A DNA stretch of 64,000 bases from Octopus sinensis (lineage: Eukaryota). The notes under the pieces were generated by a model that had not been told where the DNA came from, did not search any database, and saw nothing but the letters and a program-made list of their open reading frames with translations. Numbering within the stretch: position 1 is the stretch's first letter; each line of letters opens with the position of its first letter. The stretch covers positions 50,468,001-50,532,000 of the forward strand of contig NC_043005.1 of NCBI RefSeq assembly GCF_006345805.1, in the 5' to 3' direction. Of this stretch, positions 54,470 through 64,000 are shown piece after piece. The translations under genes were made by a program, and so were the position numbers.

Positions 54470-54785
54470 AGTAATACTCCCGGTTGTAATTGTAGGGTAA
54501 AATCCCATTGCCCGTCATTAGGTTGCTGTTTAGTCCAAAACGTAGTTTACAAATGTACAATTTTAACTGAGACTGGTAGTTTTATCTATAAAGGGTGTTC
54601 GATAAATATAAAAAAAGCGTATCAATAACCATATATCATCGTTTAGACTTAGGCATAAAGCTAATAGCACTTCTTTATGGAAAAAATAGCATTTTTTTCG
54701 ATGGCCCCATATCTGAAGAATACATGCCAGTGTGTTTTTCCGCCTCGACATCCGAAACTCGGAGTTTTATCATGGCTACCAAATA
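54470..54785 (+). pseudogene. Penelope-like element GIY-YIG endonuclease fragment
   Basis: Translation PGCNCRVKSHCPSLGCCLVQNVVYKCTILTETGSFIYKGCSINIKK, then after a frameshift RINNHISSFRLRHKANST. This fits a Cys-rich linker (CNC..CP..G.C) followed by VVY...Y.G and R..NH..SF, as in PLE endonucleases. Confidence 0.75.
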
Positions 54786-54804
54786 ATTGTCATATATTAT
54801 ATTT

Positions 54805-54886
<82 letters not shown>

Positions 54887-55150
54887 GAGAATGTCTCTTT
54901 ATATACATATGTATATATCTGTGTATAAGGATGTGTATTTATATATGTACAAGTATTCCTTTCTCTCTCTCTCTTTATCTATCTATATGTATCTGTCTAT
55001 CTATCTACCTATTTATCTATTTATCTATCAATCAATATATTTGTCCATCCATCCATCCATCCGTCCATCCATCCGTCCATCCATCCACATCCATCCATCC
55101 ATCCATCCATCCATCCATCCATCATCCATCCATCCTCCATAAATACATAC

Positions 55151-55227
<77 letters not shown>

Positions 55228-55796
55228 GCGTATTTACGTACATATATGTTTTGTTTATAAATAAGTATGTGATTATGAAGGGAGAGCATTGTAGTTGGCT
55301 TGAACCGTTGTGATACCGAAGTATAATGACAAACAATATAGAAAAGGCGGGAGAGAGCTTCTAACAATGCAAAAATGAGAGTTGAATAACCTTTATACAT
55401 TTCTAGCACAAAGGCCTATCACCACGGGGATACGGTTAATGTGAATTTATGCAGATCCTACCATTTAGTTGCCAAAGGAACAATCTATAATGTCTGAAAC
55501 GTATAAACGTTATTCCACTTACCTCTCTGTATTGATAGAAGCTCTCCTTTCTTTTCTGACTTGTTACTGAATACATATCGTAAATACATGCAAACAAATA
55601 TATCCTGTTGTTGAAGTTGAAACTCCAATGTAAGAGCCTTGGATCTAGGTTAGAAAACGGTTCTTTCTCTATTGGCAAGAAGTCTTGAAATAAACTGAAT
55701 AATGACGTACATACATTCATACATACACTCAAACGTACATTCATATATATACAATCATATAATATATAAATGTGCATGCATATATACATGTATACT

Positions 55797-57462
55797 CCTT
55801 TACTCTTTACTTGTTTCAGTCACCCTTATTCGAACGAATCTACCACAGGGCTTATTCTTTGTAAGGCTAGTACTTATTCTATCGAACTTTTTTGTCGAAC
55901 CGCTAAGTTGCGGGGACGTAAACACACCAACATCGGTTGTCAAGCGATAGTGCTGGTACAAACACATGAACACAAATACACACACACACACACACAACAC
56001 ACATATATATATATATATATATATAATTACGACGGGCTTCTTTCAGTTTCCGTCTACTAAATTCGCTCACAAGGCTTTGGTCGGCCCGAGGCTATTGTAG
56101 AGGGTGGGGCAGAGAGGATGGACGTTTTAGAAATGGCTATTACTCAGCCCCAGCGGGAGGGACATACGTCCGACAGGTACTATTTTTTCTCTTTTCGGGT
56201 GAAGTCATGGCGCTGTGGACGATAGAGCATCGCGTGCTTGCCTACGACAGTTACGTGAAGAGTAACGAGTCTGTCACAGCAGTTCAGCACTTTCGGCACC
56301 ACTTCAACATTCACCGAAATCAGGCTGTTTGGGTGAATGCCCTTCGTACCCGAGGCACATTAATGAATAGGAGACATGTAATGGCGCCATGAACGATGTA
56401 GAACTCAGAGAATGTGGAACGCGTCAGACAAGTTCTGATACGGAGTCCGAATCGTTCTGCTCGGAGGCATTCCACTGAACTAGGCATCGGTAATCGATCG
56501 GTAAGGCGTATTTTGCATGAATACCTGCATTTACATCCGTAGAAATTGGCTGTTGGGCAACAGTTGAAACCACGAAGCCTATGCACAGTGGCTTAACTTC
56601 GCACGTCAGATGGAAACAATTTCTGAGGAAAATGACAGCCTTATTTTCTTAATGAGTGGTGAGGCTCGTTTTCATCTCAGTTGCATAGTGTATCAACAGA
56701 ACTATCATTATTAGGTGCTTGAAAATCCGAGAGAACTGCACGAAAGACCACTGCACAGCCCAAAAGTGACGGTCTGATGTACTGCTGGAAAAGATGCCGT
56801 CATTGGTCCTTACTTTTTTCAATATGGTAATAGAAATACTGTAACTGTTAACTCGGAGAGTTACATGAAGATGATAAACAACTTCTTTGTGCCTGAATTA
56901 CGACGAAAACGTATGCCTATTCGACGTGTGTGGTCTCAGCAGGATAGGGCGAGGGCCCACACAGCCAGAGCATCAATGGACGTCATTCGCCCTCACTTCG
57001 GTGCCCACCTCATTTCCAGGTTTGCTGACATTCCTTGGACCACTCAGTCTCCTGATTTTTCCATGTGTGATTATTTCCTGTAAGGAAACCTCAAGGAACG
57101 TGTGTAAGCGTATAAGCCCCGTACACCTGACGATTTGAATGAAGCTATTTGCGTGGAAGTCGAACAATTCGACAGAGCAATGCTGGAGAGAGTGGAGGCC
57201 AACTTCCAAGAACGCCTTCAGAAATGCATCAAGGAAAACGGACACCATATGAGGGATGTTGTTTTCCACACTTGATTTTGACAAATGTTTTAATTCTATA
57301 CGAACACATTGATGTCAGTAAAATTTGTTTGCAACTAAAACTAATGATTTCTTGAATTTTTCAAAAACGTCCGTCCTCTCTGCCCCTACAAGAAACTTGC
57401 CCAAGGTGCCATGCAATGGGACCGAACCCGGAACCATGTGGTTGGGAAGCAAGCTTCTTATT
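55797..57462 (-). mobile_element. SINE family B copy split by the DD41D transposon
   Basis: 3' half at 55797-56099 ends ...GGCCCGAGGCTATTGTA. 5' half at 57390-57462 begins AGAAACTTGCCCAAGGTGCC. These are contiguous in the uninterrupted copy at 58095-58130. Confidence 0.8.
56100..57386 (+). mobile_element. Near full-length DD41D (rosa/Visitor-type) Tc1/mariner transposon, decayed, inserted in a SINE
   Basis: TIRs GAGGGTGGGGCAGAGAGGATGGACGTTTT / AAAACGTCCGTCCTCTCTGCCCC, preceded by TA. Disrupted transposase 56207-57274 (ENVERVR..SP.RSARR, MSGEARFHL, LHSPKVTV, IGPYFF, QQD-41 aa-D in SPDFSMCDYFL). Confidence 0.9.
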
Positions 57463-57858
57463 ACATATTCTTTTATTCTTTTACTTGTTTTAGTCATTTC
57501 ACTGCGGCCATACTTGAGCACCGCCTTAAAGGGTTTTATATTCGAAGAAATCGACCCCAGGACTTATTCTTTGTAAGCCTAGTATTTATTCTATCGATTC
57601 TTTTGCCGAACTGCTAAGTTACCGGAACATAACCATACCGACATCGGTTGTTAAGCGAGGGTCGGGGAGAAACGCAGATACAAAGACACACACACATAAA
57701 TACATACATACATATATAAAATTAACAGAACGAGATAAAAAAATCCAACACATATATATTTACATACATACATACCGAAATACATATATACATGCATACA
57801 GACGCACACACATATATATACATACATACATGTATATAGCTATATATTTTACATATAT

Positions 57859-57930
<72 letters not shown>

Positions 57931-57942
57931 GTATATACTTGT

Positions 57943-58014
<72 letters not shown>

Positions 58015-59084
58015 GCTCAGGATTGACTGTGTGGTAAGTAGCTTGCTTACCAACGACATGATTCTGGGTTCAGTCCTACTGTGTGGCACCTGCACCTTGG
58101 GCAAGTGTCTTCCACTATAGCCTCGGGTCAAGCAAAACCAATAACAGCGCGTAATCTGGGCAAACCAATACACCTCTTATAACTAGAAGCCATCTTGAAT
58201 TTGCCTCATTTCTAATTAATTGCTCCCTAAATGCCTGACTTGTACTTAGTCTCGAGAAGACGACGAAACTTTTAAGCTGCATCTCCCCTATCCTTTTTTA
58301 TCTGGAGACTCCGTGACCACTGGAACTTCCCCAGCATCGAATGGAATATCAATAACGGGATCTCTCCGTACTCACCGGGAGCTTATAAATATTCTCCGCG
58401 AAACTGCAGCATTCATCAATAGAAACACACACACACACGCTTATACATATGAAGTCGGTACATGAGTATGGCATTAGTCCAATTACTGAGATATACAAGA
58501 CAATGATATAACCAATATGGTGTAGGCAAATTTACGAAAAAAGAAAAGCAACAACAGAAAAACATACAAGCATACTAATAACGAACGTAGACATACTCAG
58601 TTCTCATCAGTTGTCAACCAAATATTACAGTTTCGATGCCTTCCGACAATATTGTTCAATTAGGCGGTGTCAACAACAAAAGCTGCTGCTCTTTAAACGA
58701 ATATAAATGATAGACGAACAAGGAGAGTAAAAAAGAAATGAGAAAAGTACAGTAACAATAAATGAAGTATGTAAAACGAACGGTAAATATAGATGAATTA
58801 TGAGGAAGAGAGGAAAATACATATAAAGAAAGAGACAAATAGGCGAGACGGTAACAGAAAAAAAAAATTTAAACGACAAAGAACGATATTCATATACAAA
58901 GAAGGTATTTTGCCTGAGCGACAAGAATAAGACGAAGAATGCTAATAGAAAAGTTGATGGTTCTTTCGGACTTGGAAAAGAATACAGGCTTGGCTGTGTG
59001 GTAAGAAGTTTGCTACTCAACCACATGTTTCCAGGTTCAAGCCCGCCATAAATATGTATTTATATAATATAAATATATATTTCA

Positions 59085-59250
59085 GATAAGCCACCCATAA
59101 TTGGATACAACTCACCCAACAAAAACTCACTACTTGAATGGACCATAAGCAAAACTTGACTTAAACAGGATTCAGATAATCCTATCAGGTGGTGCTATTA
59201 AGTTAGACATGGCCTGGACCAATCATTGGTCAAACACATCTAAGTTTATT
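59085..59250 (+). mobile_element. 3' fragment of the same CR1-group LINE family
   Basis: GATAAGCCACCCATAATTGGATACAACTCAC...TAAGTTAGACATGGCCTGGACCAATC matches the reverse complement of 47360-47522. Confidence 0.85.
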
Positions 59251-59255
59251 ATATA

Positions 59256-59304
<49 letters not shown>

Positions 59305-59314
59305 TAATATATAT

Positions 59315-59422
<108 letters not shown>

Positions 59423-59527
59423 ATTATATTATTTGTCTCTATTTAATATAATATAATATCTTACTATAAAATTGGATTCAATCCTAAATATGATTTTCCC
59501 TGTAAGTTTGGATTTATCCCTAATATT

Positions 59528-59567
<40 letters not shown>

Positions 59568-60722
59568 ATGTGTGTGTATGTATGTGTGTGTATGTATGTG
59601 TGTGCATGTGTGTGTGTGGTGTGTGTGTCTGTCTATGTGCACCACCATCGCTTGACAACCGGTGTTAGTGTGTTAACATCCCCGTAACTTAATAGTTCTG
59701 CAAAAGAGCTGTTAAATAGATACCAGGCTTCTAATATGTAAGTACTCTGGTCTATTCGTTCAACTAAGATTATTCAAGGCGGTGCCCCAGCATGACCGCA
59801 GTCTAAGGACTGAAACAAGTAGAAGTGAAAAGATAAACCTGCAGCTGGAACTTAAATACATAAAAATCTCAGACAAATCATGAAGTAGAGGAAAAGAGAC
59901 TGACCAATATAACTTCCAGATCAGGGAGAATGGGGAACAAGATAAACATGAAGACGGCTTTGTGGTGCATTGTAGAAGCGGGAAGGAAGAAAAAAATACG
60001 AGCAAGAAAAATAGAGAAAGTGAGTGGGAAAGATGGGAATGGCCATTGCAGAGATGAAACAAAGAATGGAGTGAAAAGGAGAACAATTGATAAAGTGTTA
60101 GAGATAAGGAAGGGCAGATGTACAACGAGAAACTTAAGATGGAAAAGAAGAATTACAAGTTTTTCTTCCAGATGCGAACACCTCTGCAGCATATCTAGAA
60201 ACTGTTTAAATGATTATATCAAAAGAATGCTACAGAATACGCTTCTGTTAATTTCTATAGACGGCTATTAAACGAGGGCGCTAAATAATTTCGTTGTCTC
60301 TTAAACCATCAACAGCTAGGAGATTATCCTATTTAACACAAACGAGGATTATATTCAATGTTGATTATGATACGAATAAAACTAAGAATATGAAGAGATA
60401 CAAGTTAAGCGCATCAAAGATGGGAAATAGTATATCTGAGCATAGAATAAACGGTAATTCGTTACCTTCGCCTGCAAGATGCAAGAGGTATGTGGTTCAA
60501 GTCTTCTCAAAGCCTTAATTTTGTTTTGGTAAATAATAATTTGTTTATTTTCGAACGAAATAACGATAATATATACATGTGTGTGTGTGTGTGAAGAATC
60601 AAAATGAAACATGAAAGTGAATAACTGAAAGAAACACACGACAGTTAAACATGGAAATCCTCTCATCAGCTATTGAGACCACGCTACAACCTTAGTTTCG
60701 GCGCGATATATATATATATATG

Positions 60723-60765
<43 letters not shown>

Positions 60766-60824
60766 ACATGCACGCGCGTGCGTACGCGTGCACATACATA
60801 TGTATATATATATATATATGTATG

Positions 60825-60863
<39 letters not shown>

Positions 60864-61493
60864 TCTCAAGAAACCGAATGCAATGCAACTTAGAAGTAAA
60901 ATAGCGAAAAAAAAAATTACGCCAGTTTACACTTTTAACTTGTGTTTCAGTCTTTTGAGTTCAAAGCCTCTTCAGCAAATGATAACGGAGAACAATGAGA
61001 AGCTAGTGTTATTTTTGCATACATACACACACACATATACAATACACACACATGTTTACACACGCGTCGAATTGAAGCACACTTTTAATTAAAGAATTCT
61101 TTTACCAGAATATCAGCTAGTATTGTAATATATCAGCGTATTGCTGCTGCTGCTGCTGCTGTTGCTGCTATCGTGCTGCTGCAGTTATTCCAGTGTTGCT
61201 ATGTTTGTTTTTTCCCCCCTTATCTTTATTTCTTGCTCTTTCTGTTTGCCAATTCTTCTGCGTCACACCATCATTTACTTTTGTCGTCTTCGATTTCATT
61301 ATCACCTGATATCAGTGAAACAAAGCTAAGACTGCTAATAGCTTTACTTACCTAGAAGAAAGAAGAGAAATAATGTAGGTGAGAAGTCTACTAAAAGAGA
61401 AAATAGTAATGAATACAATAATATAATACAATACATTAACAATAAACATAATTGACAACAACAAAAGAGAGTATAAAATATTACGACAAAGAC

Positions 61494-61549
<56 letters not shown>

Positions 61550-61602
61550 TAATAATAATAAGAATAATAATAATAATAATAATAATATTAATAATAATAA
61601 TG

Positions 61603-61647
<45 letters not shown>

Positions 61648-62767
61648 TAATAATAATAAAAATAATAATAATAATAATTTCCACTCAAGGCCTGAACTTT
61701 TGAAGGGAGGGGACAAGTCGATTACATCGAGCCCAGTATTTGACTGGTACTTTATTTTATTGACTCAGAAAGGATGAAAAAACAGAGTGAACTTCGGCCG
61801 GAATTGAATCCGCGACATAAAGAGCCGGAATAAATTCCACCGTACGCTTAGTCCGACGTGCTAACGCTTCTGTTAGCTCACTGCCATAATAACATCAATT
61901 AGTGGTTATAACTAACTGGTTGAAATTTTAGCACAAGGCCAGCAGTATTTCAGAGGAAAGTTTTTATTCGTTTACATCGACCCAACACTTGACAGATACT
62001 TTATTTTATCGTCCTCGGAGGGATGAGAGTCAAAGATGACCTCAGTCGACTTTGAACTCAGGACGTAAAGCAACCATAACTAAAACATTTATAGAGACAT
62101 TTTGTCCCCCAATTTTGTTAATTAAATGTCAAGAAATTAATAATGACAATGATGATGATGATGATGATATTCATTAATATATGAATTACGGGGAAAAAAT
62201 TGGTCGGTTAGCCACAGTATAAGAATGCTATTAAAAAAACCGATTGGGGATTTACATCTGGTAATAAAGAGTGAGATAATAACAAAAACCAACAATAAAT
62301 AATGCTGAACATCGGAATACTGTAAAAATGTCAGTATCAGAAGTAACACAAATATGTACACCACACCAACACACACACACACACACACACACAATATAAC
62401 ACATACTAACATATACACATATACATGCATGCAAATAAAAATGTGTGAATATATATATATATATATACACATACATATCTGTGTGTGTGTGTGTGTATGC
62501 GTTTGTATGCGTTTGTGTGGTGGTTGGGTATCGTAATAAATATCTGCACATAAATATGATATATTATGAATTAAATGGGGAATAAAAAATTCTGTAGATT
62601 TTGTATTTATATGTAGGTCTCTATTGTATTTTATCCACACCCTCCACATCATATGCACTTAAGTACAAACGCAGATGTGCATACACATATACATGTATAT
62701 GTGTATATGAAGACGTGTGTCCGTGTGTTTTTAAGTTTACCTTCACAAATATAATATATATATATAT

Positions 62768-63246
62768 AAATTTTAACAGAAGGAGATAAAAATCCAAGGC
62801 TGTGAAAGATTTCAGAACATTTATAAATAGAAGGTCTTACAGCTGTTTCCGGGGATATTTTATATATCCTTCATCGGAGACGGTGTGAGAACATGGTTAA
62901 GCAATAGTTATTCTAGATAAGATATGAAATAGAGAGTGAAGTGGAGGAATGAAAATAAACGTGAGATATGCAGGGATATCCAGGGATATTGTATCTGCAG
63001 TTCCATTATTTAGGCAGAATGGTACACATATAAGATTCCTGTACCCTGTGAGTAAGGTCTATTAGTATTTAAAATTGGTCATTCCAAGCATAGAGTTTGT
63101 AAACGGTGTTATTGAATCGAGGGGGTTTTTGGGGCTTGGAATGACCAATTTTAAATACTATTGAACTTACTCACAAGGTACAGGAATCTTATATGCGTAC
63201 CATTCTACCTAAATAATGGAACTGCAGATAAAATATCTCTGCATAT
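62768..63246 (-). mobile_element. PLE-like insertion with mutated hammerhead and fold-back (family 3)
   Basis: Begins at (TA)n. Hammerhead-like motif at 62834-62881 on the minus strand. Inverted repeat ~62967-63099 vs 63134-63246. Confidence 0.65.
62834..62881 (-). ncRNA. Degenerate minimal hammerhead ribozyme (core CCGAUGA, probably inactive)
   Basis: Minus strand: GTCT-CCGATGA-A-GGATAT-ataaa-ATATCC-ccg-GAAA-CAGCTG-TA-AGAC. Stem I GUCU/AGAC, palindromic ACAGCUGU stem III, U4 replaced by C. Confidence 0.6.
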
Positions 63247-63669
63247 TTTGAAATCAGCTCACAAGATAACATTTCCGGGTCTCCAGGCATTAGCCGATTC
63301 CAGATGGGGAACCACTAGTTTAGTTTATATCTAACATGTTTCTACCCACAAGAGAATTGATTACCAGTAATATACATGGGCAGAGATAATTTTTGATTAA
63401 ACATTAGCGCGTTAGTCTAGTACTTCCCTTGTTTTTGCTAGCAGATTTATAATGTTACACATTTAAATCTTCACAGAAAACGAAAGCAAAATATAAAAGA
63501 AAACTAACACAAAATATTCCATTGAATTTCCGTAATGAGCAAGAGACGTAACAAATATATAATTATACTATGATGTTATATATAGTTATATTTATGATAT
63601 TATGATACAAATATACGAGAAAAATGGCGTTGATAATTATCCATAATGTTATACATACACACAAACACA

Positions 63670-63711
<42 letters not shown>

Positions 63712-63748
63712 GGCGTGTGCACAGATATTTTGTATTCTGATATACACT

Positions 63749-63788
<40 letters not shown>

Positions 63789-64000
63789 CGTGTGTGTGTA
63801 TGTGTGTGTGTAGGAAAAATATACATCTATGTACCATTAGAAAAACGTTAAACGAAGTGTTATATATTAATGTTGTAATGTAAAAATATAGTAATGGTTT
63901 TAAATATAAGAAATATACGTGCCTGCTTATATATATATATATGCATATGTAAATACATACATGCATACATACATACATACATGCATACATACATACACAC

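Noticed and set aside
60640-60705. Minus-strand GAAAC...CTGATGAG suggesting a type II hammerhead (similar at 58590-58640 and 7705-7770)
   Set aside because: I could not build consistent stems I-III around the core bases.

Overview
Eukaryotic, very AT-rich, repeat-saturated DNA. The SINE families and the (TA)n/(CA)n/(TACA)n/(AGAT)n/(TAA)n load look like an octopus/cephalopod intron or intergenic region; this assignment is inferred from recalled repeat content, not verified. No intact host gene is visible, and nearly all long ORFs in the track are translated microsatellites. Recognisable elements: three tRNA-headed SINE families (many copies), a 5'-truncated CR1-group LINE, a nest of R4/Dong-like RLE-LINE fragments in (TAA)n, a Tx1/L1-like 3' fragment, two DD41D-type Tc1/mariner relics, a hAT (Charlie/Buster) transposase relic plus a hAT MITE, a Helitron-like end and a Penelope-like (PLE) GIY-YIG fragment. 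The standout is 23002-28542: about 10 near-identical ~561-bp non-coding units inserted in a (TA)n tract and arranged as a fold-back (2.3 units one way, a 15-nt loop, 7.6 units the other way). Every unit carries a minimal type I hammerhead ribozyme motif (11 in total), making this a candidate large-monomer retrozyme/PLE-dependent circular-RNA element. Two further hammerhead-bearing, TA-embedded families and several fold-back insertions elsewhere in the window support the same biology. All coordinates were read by eye and element edges are approximate.
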